From contig JAXHLW010000012.1 of NCBI GenBank assembly GCA_034521815.1, positions 64,001-128,000 of the forward strand: a stretch of 64,000 nt of DNA, written 5' to 3'. Position numbers and translations under genes: made by a program. Under the pieces are notes generated by a model. The model was given only the letters and a program-made list of their open reading frames with translations. It ran no database searches and was not told the DNA's origin. This document shows positions 28,091-39,010 of this stretch, piece after piece (position 1 is the stretch's first letter; the number at the start of each line of letters is the position of its first letter). Origin of the DNA: Trueperaceae bacterium. GTDB taxonomy: Bacteria > Deinococcota > Deinococci > Deinococcales > Trueperaceae.

Positions 28091-31085
28091 CTACGGGGCC
28101 TCGTCCGCCGAGCGAGCCCCCACCGGCTCGAGCAGCGCACCGATCGATCCTCGCGCGGCCTCGGCCAAGCGCCGTTCGAGCCGGTCGGCCGGCAGAGCGT
28201 CGCGAAGTGCCGCGCGAGCGGCGCGTAGCCGCTCTGCGGTCTCGGGCTCGAACGGGCCCAGGCCGCCTGCGAGCCCGACGAGGTGCGCGGCGCGCTCCGG
28301 CTCGCCCGCCGCCAGGTGCAGCTCCGCCAGGCCCACCAAGCAGGCGGCGCAGGTGTCGACCCGCGAGCGCGGCCAGGCGATCTGGAGCGCCCGGAGGTAG
28401 TCTGCGCGGGCCGCGTCGGGCCGCCCGAGCGCAGCGGCGGCGTCCGCCAGGCCGACGCGGATCGCCGCCACGAGCCCCGGGTCGCCGTGAGGATCGAGCA
28501 CGGCGAGAGCCTGCTCGTTCAGCTCCAGCGCGCGCGCGTGCATGCCGCGTGCGTACGCCGCGTGGCCGAGGTACGAGAGGAGCGTCGGCACGAGGGCGCC
28601 GAACCCGATCGCGCGCGCCAGCTCGAGCCCCTCGCCCAGCGCCGTCTCGGCCGCCTCCGGATCGCCGCCACGGAGCGCGTTGGTGCCCAGGTTGATCAGG
28701 TTCCGCACCATCGAGCGACGATTGCCGCGATTGCGGTTGATCGCGAGCGCCTCGCGAAACAGCGCCTCGGCGCCGGCGACGTCGCCCAGGCGCGACCGGA
28801 CGCTGCCGAGGTTGTGCGACGCGATCGCGATCTGCGGCTCGTGCCCGCGCCTTCGAGCGAGCGCGAGGACCTCCTCGAACCGTGCGGCGGCCCCCTGCCG
28901 CTCGCCGCGGGCGCTCGCGACGTTCCCGAGGGTGTTCAGGGTGCTGGCCAGGGCCCGGTCGAGCGTCGGATCGGGCGGATCTGCAGCGGCGAGCGGCCCC
29001 AGCCGTGCCAGCGCCACGCCGGCCAGCGCCTCGCTCCGGTCCAGGTCCCCCAGCCGGTAGACGAACCACGCCTCCGCCGCCCGCAGCCGACCCGTCACCG
29101 CCTTCGCCGACGGGTCGGACCTCTCGAGCGCCTCGGCCGCCTCGCCGAACGCCGAGGCGGCGTCGTCCCAGCGGCCGCCGCGCTGGATGTAGAAGATCTG
29201 CAGCGCCCGGCAGGCACGCCACAGGGCGGCGCGGTCGCCCGTCCGGGCTGCCTGGCGCCAGGCAGCCCGGACGTTCTCGAGATCCTCGCCGACCGCGGCC
29301 ACCGCACGCTCCTGATCGCCGCCCGCGAGGTCGTCCTCCCAGCTCGCGAGCAGCGCCAGGTAGGCGCGAGCGTGCCTGCGCCGGGTGTCGGCCCGCTCCG
29401 ATTCGTGCCGAGAAGCCTTGAGGCGCGCCAGCTCCAGGAGGAGCGGATGCGCGCCGTAGCGGCCCAGGCCGTCAGTCCGCAGCAGCGAGCGGTCGATCAG
29501 CCCGGCCAGGTCGGTCAGGGTCGCGCCCGCGATCTCGGCCGCGGCGTCGCGCCGAAAGCCGCCACGGCAGACCGACAGGCGGCGCAACAGCTCGCGATCG
29601 CGCGGCCCGGCCAGGGCCCAGGCGTGCTCGAACGCGCCCAGCAGGCTCCGGTGTCGCTCGGGCACGTCCTGCGCTCCGGTCGCGAGCAGCTCCAGGCGCT
29701 CGTCGAGCTCCGCCGCGATCTCGCGCGGGGTGAGCGCCCGGACCCAGGCGGCGGCCAGCTCCAAAGCCAGCGGCAGGCCCTCGACGCGCCGGCAGATCGC
29801 GAGTACCGCGGGCAGATTCTCCTCGGTCGCGACGAACCCGGGGGTGGTCCGTTCTGCCCGCCGCACGAACAGGTCGACGGCGCCGAACGCCGAGGCGTCC
29901 TCCAGCGTCACGTCGTCGTCTTCCGGGTACCGAAGGCCGGTCACCCGATAGACGCGCTCCGCTTCCAGCCCGAGCCGCACCCGCGAGGTGACCAGGAAGC
30001 TCGCGTCACGGACGCCGGCGACCAAGCGGGCGAACGCTTGGCCGTCGTCCGCGAGGTGCTCGGCGTTGTCCAGCACGACGAGCGCCTCCTTGCCCGCCAG
30101 CAGCGCGGCGATGCGGTCCAGCGCGGCCGCGTCGCTCGGCGCGTCGTCGCCGAGGGACGCGGCGATCGCGCTGGCCAGCGCGTCGGGCGTGTCGATCGCG
30201 CCGAGGTCGACGAAATGGACGCCGTCGGGAAAGGCGCCGAGCGCCTGCTGCTCGCGCGCGATCTCGACGGCCAGGCGGGTCTTGCCGACCCCGGGCGGGC
30301 CCAGCAGCGTCGTCAGCGCCGGCCCGGGCCGGTGAAGCAGCGCAGCGACCTCGGCGCGCTCCGGGTCACGCCCGACGAAGGCGGTGTCGCGATGCGGCAG
30401 GTCGCTGCCGGTGGCGAGCCCGTCCGCCTCCCCGAGCCCGCCAGCCGTCGCCGCGCGGCCTCGGGATCGGCCGCCAGCTCGAGTCCGAGATCTTCCCCTC
30501 GCGCCGGACCACGTCGGCCCGTGCGCGACCGTCCGCCGCGAGCAGGGTGTGCAGTCGCACGAGGTCGTCGGGCTGCGGCACCGCCCAGCGCAGGCGCGAC
30601 GCTCGCTCGGCGAGGTCGGCAGATGCGCCGAACCGCCCGCGGGTCGCTTGGGACTCCGCCTCGTCGAGGTGCGCCCGCAGGGCCACGTCGGCGAGGTGCT
30701 CGCGCTGGGCGTGCAGCCACTCCTCGAGCTCCGTGGTCCACGACGGCAGGTGCAGACCGTCCAGGAACGGTCCGCGGTACAGGTCGCGTGCCGCTCTGCG
30801 CTCGCCCCGATCGATGTGCGCGAGGAACGCGTGAACGTCGCACCGCACCTCGGTCGCGGCGTGCCTTCGGTCCGCGGCGACGCTGCCGGGCGCCCCCTGG
30901 CGGAGCCGCGTCAGAGCGACCGAGAGGCTGCGCATCGGATCCGCCGCGTCGGGCCAGAACAGCTCCGCCAAGTGTCGCCGAGGGCGCGACCCTTCGAGCG
31001 CGAGGTACGTGAGGAGGAGAAGCGGCTTGGGACGAGTGAAGTCGATCTCGTCGATCCGCACGCTCCCCAACGTGCGCAACAGCAT
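28091..31085 (-). CDS. AfsR/SARP-like regulator (wHTH-BTAD, ATPase, TPR), frameshift near 30480
   Basis: MLLRTLG..FTRPKPLLLLTYLALEG, LYRGPFL, AFVGR, GPPGVGKTRLA, VLDNAEHL, EGLPLALELAA, C-terminal TPRs. Confidence 0.88.
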
Positions 31086-31192
31086 GATCCTCTCACCCTA
31101 GCGCGCGTCTCCGCGTCCGGTCGTACCGCGGTAACGGTCCGGTAGTGCCCCTCCCGGCAAGGTGAAGCCGAGAGAGAAGGGAGGAGTCCGTC

Positions 31193-31759
31193 ATGAACGA
31201 CACCGCTACCGAGCATCGCAACGGGGTCGACGTCGGTCGTCTGAAGGAGACGATCGCGCACGTCCAAGGCGATCCGAGCCTGGCACGGTTCCGCTTCCGG
31301 GCCGCGACCACCTGGGAGGAGGGAGCGAAGTCCCGCACCAAGATCCAGGGATTCTACGGCGCCGGCCGCGAGGACGACTCGCGTGAGAGGCCGCTGGAGC
31401 TCGTCGGCGACGAGCCGCCGGTCCTGCTGGGCGACAACGCCGGGCCGAACGCGGTGGAGGCGGTGTTGCACGCGCTGACGTCGTGCCTGACCGTCGGCTT
31501 CGTGTACAACGCCGCCGCGCAGGGGATCGAGGTCCGAGCGCTCGATTTCGACGTGGAAGGGGAGCTCGACCTGCGAGCGTTCCTCGGCGTCAGCGACGAT
31601 GCGCGACCGGGCTACCAGACGATCCGCGTCCGCTACCGGGTCGATGCCGACGCCCCTCGCGCGGCCCTCGAGGACCTGTGCGCCTACGTGCAGCGGACGT
31701 CGCCCGTCCTGGACATGCTGACCAAGCCGGTCGACGTGCACGTCGCGCTGGAGGGGTGA
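31193..31759 (+). CDS. OsmC family protein
   Basis: NGVDV, GDEPPVLLGDNAGPNAVEAVLHALTSCL, EGELDLRAFLG, RTSPVLD. Confidence 0.9.
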   Translation: MNDTATEHRNGVDVGRLKETIAHVQGDPSLARFRFRAATTWEEGAKSRTKIQGFYGAGREDDSRERPLELVGDEPPVLLGDNAGPNAVEAVLHALTSCLTVGFVYNAAAQGIEVRALDFDVEGELDLRAFLGVSDDARPGYQTIRVRYRVDADAPRAALEDLCAYVQRTSPVLDMLTKPVDVHVALEG

Positions 31760-31763
31760 CGCC

Positions 31764-32587
31764 GTGAGCAGCGACGCGGCGATCCGCAGCGGCATCGACG
31801 GTCCAGAGACGACCAGCCCGCAGGTCGACGTCGAGGAGCTTCGCGACAAGGTCCGTGACGTCTACCGTCAGGTCGCCGACGCGCCCGACGGCGAGTTCCA
31901 CTTCGAGATGGGCCGCGAGCTGGCCGAGAAGCTCGGCTACGCCCCCGAGGCCCTCGAGCTGCTGCCGGTCGAGGCGGTCGAATCGTTCGCGGGCGTCGGT
32001 CACCATCTCGACCTCGCCCGCCTGGGCGGCGGCGAGCGCGTGCTGGACGCAGGCAGCGGCTCCGGCATGGACACGTTCCTGGCGGCCGCCCTGGTCGGAC
32101 GAAGCGGCTCCGTGGTCGGTCTCGACATGACCGACGAGCAGCTCGCCAAGGCCCGAGCACTGCGCGACCGGCACGGCGTCGACGACGTGACGTTCGAGCA
32201 CGGCTTCCTCGAGGAGGCTCCGTTCCCCGACCGATCGTTCGACGTGGTGATCAGCAACGGCGTGATCAACCTGACCCCGGACAAGGGCACCGTGTTCCGC
32301 GAGCTCGCGCGGGTGCTGCGCCCCGGAGGCCGCCTGGCGATCTCCGACATCGTGTGCGAGACCGCGCTGACCGAGCAGATCAAGTGCGACACCTCGCTGT
32401 GGGCGGCCTGCATCGGTGGCGCGGCGCAGCGCGACGCCTACCGTGCCTGCATCGACGAGGCCGGCATGACCGATCGTGGAGGAGCGCGAGAACCCCGGCC
32501 TACCGCTTCCTGTCGCGCTCGGCGCAGGGCGCCAGCCGCGACTTCGGCGTCAAGAGCGTGTCGATCCTGGCGGAGCTCAGGAGCTGA
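31764..32587 (+). CDS. Class I SAM methyltransferase, ArsM-related but non-canonical; frameshift near 32480
   Basis: FHFEMGR, ESFAGVG, VLDAGSGSGMD, VISNGVINL, LWAACIGGA; corrected end ...YRFLSRSAQGASRDFGVKSVSILAELRS*. Confidence 0.85.
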
Positions 32588-32901
32588 CGGCCCCGCGACC
32601 TCGACCCCGCCTCGCCCCGACCTCCGCGCACGTCCCGAAGGCGGGAACGGCCACGCGCCGTTCCCGCCTCACGCTGATCGGAACGCCGCCCCGTGCTGCT
32701 GGTCTCGGCGATTCTGCTGACCGACGCCGTCGCCGTCCCGATGATCGTGTGGATCTGGCCGTTGTGACCGTGCCCGGCAGGGGCGCGGGCGGGAACGATC
32801 GTGTGGAAGGATCTCTTGCGCGGCACGGCCCTGCGTGTTTCTCTCGAAGCGCGCCCGGCCCCGCGTCGGCGGTGGCGCGACGCGACGAGAGGAGCCAAGC
32901 C

Positions 32902-33904
32902 ATGGACGTCGCCGTGTTCAGTACCAAGAGCTACGACCAGACCTTCCTGGAGCGTGCGAACGAGCGCCACGGGCACCGACTGACCTTCTTCGAGGCGCGC
33001 TTGCTGCCCAGCACCGCGTCGTTGGCGGAGGGTCATGCGGCGGTGTGCGCGTTCGTGAACGACCGGCTCGACCACGAGGTCCTGAAGGCGCTCGCCGGTC
33101 TTGGCATCTCGCTGATCGCGCTCCGCTCGGCCGGGTTCAACCACGTCGACGTCCGCGCCGCCAAGCGCTTGGGACTGAGCGGTCGTCCGTGTGCCGGCCT
33201 ACTCGCCGCACGCCGTCGCCGAGCACGCGCTGGCGCTGCTCCTGGCCCTGAACCGCAAGATCTACCGCGCCTACAATCGCGTGCGCGAGGGGAACTTCGC
33301 GCTGGACGGCCTGATCGGGTTCGACCTGCAGGGCAAGACCGTCGGCGTCGTCGGGACCGGCAAGATCGGCGCGACGTTCGCGCAGATCGTGAAAGGGCTC
33401 GGCTGCGAGGTGCTGGCGCTCGATCCGTACCCCAACCCGGAGCTGCAGGGCGTGGCGAGCTACGTCTCTCGCAACGAGCTTCTGGCCCGCTCGGACGTCG
33501 TCTCGCTGCACTGCCCCCTCACGCCCGAGACGCATCACATGATCGACGACGCGGCGATCGATTCCATGCGCGAGGGCGTGACGCTGATCAACACCAGCCG
33601 CGGGCAGCTGGTCGACACCCGCGCCGTGATCGAGGGGCTCAAGCGCGGACGCATCGGACGGCTGGGCCTGGACGTGTACGAGGAGGAAGGCGACCTGTTC
33701 TTCGAGGACCTCTCGAACCGGGTGATCCGCGACGACGTGTTCTCGCGGCTGCTGACCTTCCCGAACGTGCTGATCACCGGTCACCAAGGGTTCTTCACCG
33801 AGGAGGCGATGCAGAACATCGCCGAGACGACCCTCGCGAACGTGCGCGCGTTCGAGACCGGCGAGGGAGAGCTCCACGAGGTGACGTCGGACATGGTGGC
33901 GTAG
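32902..33904 (+). CDS. ldhA: D-lactate dehydrogenase (2-hydroxyacid dehydrogenase), frameshift near 33180
   Basis: [63 protein letters not shown]. Confidence 0.92.
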
Positions 33905-33907
33905 CGG

Positions 33908-35446
33908 GTGCCCACCTGGCTGCAGGCGCTGCTGGCCGGCCTGCCGATCGTCGTGATCCTGATCGCGATGCTGGGAGCCCGCTGGTCGGCGGCACGCGCG
34001 GGGGCGGCGGGCCTGGCGCTCACGTTGCCGGTCGCCTGGCTGGCGTTCGGGTACGGGCGGACGGTGCTGCCGGAGCTGGGTCCGGTCGTCGCGACCGGGG
34101 GCGCGCTGGCGGAGGCGGTGTTCATCGCCGCGACGATCCTGTGGATCATCTTTCCCGCGTTATGCATCCACGAGCTCCAGCAGCGCACCGGTGCGCTGGA
34201 GGTGCTGAGGAGCGCGATGGGCAGGCTGTCGCCCGACCCGAGGATCCTGGCTCTGCTGGTCGCCTGGTTCTTCGTGCTGTTCGTGGAGGGCGCGGCCGGC
34301 TTCGGGACCTCGGTCGCGCTGGCGGCGCCGTTCCTGGTGGCGGCCGGCTTCGGCCGCGTGGAGGCGGTCACGATCGCGCTGGTGGGCCACTCGGTCGGCG
34401 TGTCGTTCGGCGCGGTCGGAACGCCGATCCTGCCGCAGCTGGCGGTCACGCCGTTCAGCGGACCGGAGCTGGCGTCCGCCACGGCGGCGTACCACAGTTT
34501 GGTGGGCTGGGTGATGCCGCTGGTGGCGATGCTGCTGGTGACCCGCACGCTGCCGCAGGGGCAGCGATCGGGACCGGCGATCTGGGGCTGGACGCTGGCC
34601 GCCGCCGCGCTGTTCCTGATCCCGCATCAGCTGATCGCCACCTTCGTCGGACCGGAGCTGCCGACGCTGGGCGGCTCGCTGGTGGGCGGAGCGGCGTTCG
34701 TCGGCGCGCTGCGGGTGGCCAGGAGCCGCTCGCCCGAGGCGGCTTCGCTGGACGCGGGCGCGCCCGCCGGCGGCGTGCCGCGGGCGGCGGCGCCCTACCT
34801 GGCGCTGGTGGGGCTGGTGCTCGCGACCCGGTTGCTGCCGCCGGTGCGCGAGGCGCTGACCGCGCTGGAGCTGGGCTGGAGCGCCGGCCCGTTCAGCGGC
34901 GCGTTCGCCGTTCTCTACCATCCGGGCACCTTGCTGCTGGCCAGCTTCGCGGTCGGCGCGGCGATCCAACGGGCGGCTGCGCGCGACGTCACGGGCGCCA
35001 TGCGTGCCGCGCTGCGTCAGCTGATCCCGGTCACGATGGCGCTGGTCGCGATGCTGGCGATCTCGAGGCTGATGGTGTATTCGGGCATGATCGACGCCCT
35101 GGCCGCCGCTGCCGCTGCCGCGGCCGGCGGCCTGTGGCCCCTGTTCGCGCCGTTCGTCGGCGTGCTGGGCACGTTCGTGACCGGCTCGGCCACGGCGTCG
35201 AACATCCTGTTCACCGATTTCCAGCAGGCCACCGCCCAACGGCTGGGGCTGCCCGCCCTCCCCCTGATCGGCGCGCAGGGGTTCGGTGCCGCCGTCGGCA
35301 ACATCGTCTGTCCGCACAACGTGATCGCCGCGGGCGCCACGGTCCAGCTCGCGGGCCGGGAGGGCGAGGTGCTGCGGCGCACGCTGGGCGTCGCGCTGGG
35401 GTACGCCCTGCTGGGCGGGCTGGCGGCCCTGTTCGTGTACGTCTAG
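33908..35446 (+). CDS. lctP: L-lactate permease family transporter
   Basis: EGAAGFGT, SFGAVGTP, GTFVTGSATASNILF, AAVGNIVCPHN. Confidence 0.9.
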   Translation: MPTWLQALLAGLPIVVILIAMLGARWSAARAGAAGLALTLPVAWLAFGYGRTVLPELGPVVATGGALAEAVFIAATILWIIFPALCIHELQQRTGALEVLRSAMGRLSPDPRILALLVAWFFVLFVEGAAGFGTSVALAAPFLVAAGFGRVEAVTIALVGHSVGVSFGAVGTPILPQLAVTPFSGPELASATAAYHSLVGWVMPLVAMLLVTRTLPQGQRSGPAIWGWTLAAAALFLIPHQLIATFVGPELPTLGGSLVGGAAFVGALRVARSRSPEAASLDAGAPAGGVPRAAAPYLALVGLVLATRLLPPVREALTALELGWSAGPFSGAFAVLYHPGTLLLASFAVGAAIQRAAARDVTGAMRAALRQLIPVTMALVAMLAISRLMVYSGMIDALAAAAAAAAGGLWPLFAPFVGVLGTFVTGSATASNILFTDFQQATAQRLGLPALPLIGAQGFGAAVGNIVCPHNVIAAGATVQLAGREGEVLRRTLGVALGYALLGGLAALFVYV

Positions 35447-35503
35447 GCCGACCCTACGCGGTGCGCTACCGTGATAGACGCGACTACCGAAGGAGGTCCG
35501 AGC

Positions 35504-36499
35504 ATGGCAAGCAAGGTCCGCTGGGGCATATTGAGCACCGCCAAGATCGGCGTCGAGAAGGTCGTCCCCTCGATGCAGAAGGCGTCGAACCTGGAGGTCG
35601 TCGCGATCGCGTCGCGCGACGGCGAACGCGCCCGCCAGGCGGCCGATCGGCTGCACCTGCCGCAGGCGCTCGACAGCTACGAGGCGCTTCTGGCCTCGCC
35701 CGACGTCGAGGCGATCTACAACCCGCTTCCGAACCAGCTGCACGTTCCGTGGACGATCCGCGCGCTCGAGGCAGGCAAGCACGTCCTGTGCGAGAAGCCG
35801 ATCGCGCTCACGGCGGACGAGGCGCAGCAGCTCGCGGACGCCGCGGACGCGCACCCCGAGCTCAAGGTGATGGAGGCGTTCATGTACCGCTTCCATCCGC
35901 AGTGGCGCACCGCGCGCCGCTGGGTCGAGGAGGGCGAGGTGGGCGAGCTTCGCACCGTGCATTCGCACTTCGCCTACCGGAACCTCGATCCCGACAACAT
36001 CCGCAACCGGCCCGAGACCGGGGGTGGCGGGCTGATGGACATCGGCTCGTACGACGTGTCGCTGTCGCGGTTCCTGTTCGGGCGCGAGCCCGAGCGGGTG
36101 GTCGCCGCCATCGAGAACGATCCCGACTTCGGGGTGGACCGCCTGGTGAGCGCCATGATGGACTTCGGCGGCGGCGCCACGGCCACGTTCACCTGCGCGA
36201 CGCAGCTCGAGCCGTACCAGCGGGCGCACGCGTTCGGGACGCAGGGCCGCATCGAGATCGAGATCCCGTTCAACGCGCCAACGACCGGAACCACCCGAAT
36301 CTTGCGCCAGCGCGGCCTGGAAACGCGCGAGGTCGCGTTCCGCGACGCCGATCAGTACACGCTCCAGGGCGAGGCGTTCTCGCGCGCGGTGCTGGAGGAC
36401 ACGCCCGTTCCCACGCCGCTGAGCGACGCGGTCGCGAACATGCGCGTTCTGGACGCGATTCGCGAAAGCGCATCGCGAGGAGGCTGGGTCGCGGTCTGA
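35504..36499 (+). CDS. Gfo/Idh/MocA oxidoreductase
   Basis: RWGILSTAKIG, YNPLPN.LH, GKHVLCEKP, EAFMYRFHPQW, GGGLMDIGSY. Confidence 0.93.
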   Translation: MASKVRWGILSTAKIGVEKVVPSMQKASNLEVVAIASRDGERARQAADRLHLPQALDSYEALLASPDVEAIYNPLPNQLHVPWTIRALEAGKHVLCEKPIALTADEAQQLADAADAHPELKVMEAFMYRFHPQWRTARRWVEEGEVGELRTVHSHFAYRNLDPDNIRNRPETGGGGLMDIGSYDVSLSRFLFGREPERVVAAIENDPDFGVDRLVSAMMDFGGGATATFTCATQLEPYQRAHAFGTQGRIEIEIPFNAPTTGTTRILRQRGLETREVAFRDADQYTLQGEAFSRAVLEDTPVPTPLSDAVANMRVLDAIRESASRGGWVAV

Positions 36500-36550
36500 G
36501 TCGACTCGGCCCGCGCGCGGTGCCCGGCGACCCGCCCACCTTCCGATCCC

Positions 36551-37705
36551 TCACACGATGTTCGCCTCGGCGCGCGGCGCCCCGGCCGCGAACCGGTCGT
36601 GACGCAGCGGACCGAGGTCCAGCGTCGAGGCGCGGCCGTCCACGACCTCTTCGGCGATCAGCCGACCGACCATCGCCGCGTGCTGCACGCCGTGGCCGGA
36701 GAAGCCCGCGGCGTCGATCCATCCCTCGGCGTCCGGGTGGCGTCCCAGGATGGCGTCGTGGTCGGGCGTGACCTCGTAGTAGCCCCACCAGCTGGCGCGC
36801 CGGTCCAGGCCGGCGATCTCGAGGAACGGGAACCGCTCCAGGGCGGCATGCAGCGTGGGCTCGAGCCACGACCAGTCGATGCCCTCGACGAATCCGGGCG
36901 CCTCGTCGGGATTCGACCGGCCGAACAGAATGCGGGCGCCCTCGCTGCGTACGTACACCCCGCTGGCCACGTCGACGGTCAGCGGGTAGTGGTGCTCGTA
37001 CGGTAGCGGAGCGGTGACGAACACCATGCGGCGGGCCGGCTCGATCGGCAGGGTCAGGCCCGCTGCGGCCGCGACGCGGCCCGCCCAGGCGCCGGCGGCG
37101 TTGACGACGGTGGCGGCCTCGATCGGTCCTGCGGGGGTCTCGACCCGCCAGCGCCCTCGCTTCCTGCGGGCCGCCAGCAACGGAGTCTCGAGACGAAGCC
37201 GGGCCCCGCGCTCCTTGGCCATCCGCAGGTACGTCATCGTGATCGAGTGGGGGTCCACCACGCCGTCGGCAGGACCGTGGGTGGCGGCGTGGACCCCGGA
37301 AGGATCGAACGGCACGATCCCCCGCGCCGCGAGCGGGTCCAGGACGTCGACCGGCACGCCCAGGCGGCGCTGCAGCTGGACCCCTGCCAGGTGCGCCGGC
37401 CAGCGCGCTTCGGGAACCAGGAACAGGTACCCCTGGGGCCGGTACCCCGACGAGACGCCGTAGCGCTCCTCGAACTCGCGGTACTCGGCGATGCTCTCCC
37501 GCGAGAGCAGGACGTTGATCTCGCTGGTGAACTGAATCCGCACACCCGCGGCGCTGCGGCCGGTCGAGCCGGTCGCCGGCGCCTCGGCCGCTTCGAGGAT
37601 CGTCACGTCCAGCCCGCGCTCGGCCAGGCGGTACGCGATGGCGGCGCCGACGATGCCGGCGCCGACGACCAGGACGTCGGCGGCTGCGGGGACGGGGGTC
37701 GCCAT
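36551..37705 (-). CDS. FAD-dependent oxidoreductase (DAO/sarcosine oxidase beta-like)
   Basis: VVGAGIVG, GSTGRSAAG, VNAAGAWA, YEVTPDH, GFSGHG. Confidence 0.9.
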   Translation of the reverse strand: MATPVPAAADVLVVGAGIVGAAIAYRLAERGLDVTILEAAEAPATGSTGRSAAGVRIQFTSEINVLLSRESIAEYREFEERYGVSSGYRPQGYLFLVPEARWPAHLAGVQLQRRLGVPVDVLDPLAARGIVPFDPSGVHAATHGPADGVVDPHSITMTYLRMAKERGARLRLETPLLAARRKRGRWRVETPAGPIEAATVVNAAGAWAGRVAAAAGLTLPIEPARRMVFVTAPLPYEHHYPLTVDVASGVYVRSEGARILFGRSNPDEAPGFVEGIDWSWLEPTLHAALERFPFLEIAGLDRRASWWGYYEVTPDHDAILGRHPDAEGWIDAAGFSGHGVQHAAMVGRLIAEEVVDGRASTLDLGPLRHDRFAAGAPRAEANIV

Positions 37706-37738
37706 GCGGGACGCTAGCACGCGAGCGCGGACCGTCGA

Positions 37739-38518
37739 TCAGCGGTCGCGGACGGCGAACACGCCCCCGGCCGCGGCCGCCAGCGCGGCGGCCCAGAGGA
37801 CGCTGCTCGCCGCCCCCCAGAGCAGGGTCGGTCCGGGCAACGCGTCGCGCAGCAGGACCGCGATCGGGCCGACCAGCACCGGGACGCCCAGCGTCTCGAG
37901 CAGCCCGACGCGTACCGCCTCGGCGGGGTTGGCCAGCAGCGCAATGATCAGCAGCCCGCCTAGGGGCCGGTCCGGCAGCGCCGTCGCCAGCGCGACCACC
38001 GCCGGTCCGTACGCCAGCGTGCCGGCGGCCCAGGCGACCAGGCCCAGCGCCAGCCCCCGGGTCGCGTCCAGCGTCGCGGCGGCCACCAGCGCCGCCAGGG
38101 CCGTCCAGACGGCGACCAGGGTCGCGAGCGCCACCAGCAGCAGGCCCAGCTCCAGCGGACTCGACGCGAGCACGATGCCGGCCAGGCCGGCGCCCAAGGC
38201 GAGGGGAACGAACGTGCCCACGCCCACCCCGATCGCTGCACGCACGTAGGCGCGCCCCGGGGACCTCTGTAGCGCAGCCCAGAACGCCCAGGTCTCGCGC
38301 CGGGCCAGGAGCGGCGCGGCGATCACCATCACCAGCGGAGGCACGTACAGCTGCAGCGCCGCGACCAGGCTGACCAGGCCCACCGCCCCCTCGCGGCCGC
38401 GAAACGCCAGCGCCAGCAGCGCGACCGCCACGCCGGCGGGCCACACCCACGGGTTGCGCAGGACCTCGCGCGCGTGGAGGGTGGCGAGGCCCGGCAGCCA
38501 GCGGCGGCGCGACCTCAC
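37739..38518 (-). CDS. NosY-like ABC transporter permease
   Basis: Hydrophobic; AREVLRN.W, LYVPPL, LLANPAEAVR; last gene of the nosD-F-L cluster. Confidence 0.7.
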   Translation of the reverse strand: MRSRRRWLPGLATLHAREVLRNPWVWPAGVAVALLALAFRGREGAVGLVSLVAALQLYVPPLVMVIAAPLLARRETWAFWAALQRSPGRAYVRAAIGVGVGTFVPLALGAGLAGIVLASSPLELGLLLVALATLVAVWTALAALVAAATLDATRGLALGLVAWAAGTLAYGPAVVALATALPDRPLGGLLIIALLANPAEAVRVGLLETLGVPVLVGPIAVLLRDALPGPTLLWGAASSVLWAAALAAAAGGVFAVRDR

Positions 38519-39009
38519 CAGGGCGGAACCCAGGGGCGCTGGGCGGCCAGCGCGGTCGCCTCGCTCCAGTCCAGGATCGCCGCGTCGCTCAGCCGGTTCG
38601 ACGCGCCGAACGTCTGGGCCTCCGAGGCGGTCGCGAACGCGGCGAGCCCCCCGCCCATCGGCGTGCGCAAGCGCGGATGGTGCAGCAGCACGGCCGCGTC
38701 CGCCGCCAGCCAGGCGACCGAGGTGCGTCCCGACGCGACGCGGTCGGAAAGCCAGCGCTCGCGCAACGCCGGCGGGGGAGGCCCGTGGCCCGCTTCGTGG
38801 TCCAGCAGGCACTCGATCGCGTCGTACGTCAGGACGCGCCCGCCCTCGCTCACGCCCTGCGCCGCGAAGCGACCGTCGATGACCGGCATGTTGCAGTACG
38901 GGCAGGCGTCCACGCCCACGTTCAGCTCGCGCGGGTCGGCGAACGCCGCCGGAAGCGTCAGCGCGGCACAGGCCGCGAGCCCGCGCGTCAGGAAGCGGCG
39001 ACGATCCAC
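38515..39009 (-). CDS. nosL: NosL family copper-binding protein (Tat signal)
   Basis: MDRRRFL, CPYCNMPVIDGRFAAQ, YDAIECL, LRTPMGGGLAAF. Confidence 0.88.
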   Translation of the reverse strand: MDRRRFLTRGLAACAALTLPAAFADPRELNVGVDACPYCNMPVIDGRFAAQGVSEGGRVLTYDAIECLLDHEAGHGPPPPALRERWLSDRVASGRTSVAWLAADAAVLLHHPRLRTPMGGGLAAFATASEAQTFGASNRLSDAAILDWSEATALAAQRPWVPPW

Positions 39010-39010
39010 C

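Noticed and set aside
31764-32587. Second true arsM, or a selenoprotein
   Set aside because: Two catalytic Cys positions are missing, and the retained one is a TGC codon rather than TGA.
2160-33190. Programmed ribosomal frameshifting in the split genes
   Set aside because: No recurring slippery motif; the breaks hit ordinary enzymes at arbitrary places, so sequencing indels are simpler.
32476-36771. 1431-aa ORF and other long Arg/Gly/Ala-rich ORFs (45170-48763, 28283-31012, 53612-56038)
   Set aside because: Shadow frames of real genes in high-GC DNA; only the short ldhA N-terminus inside the first one is genuine.
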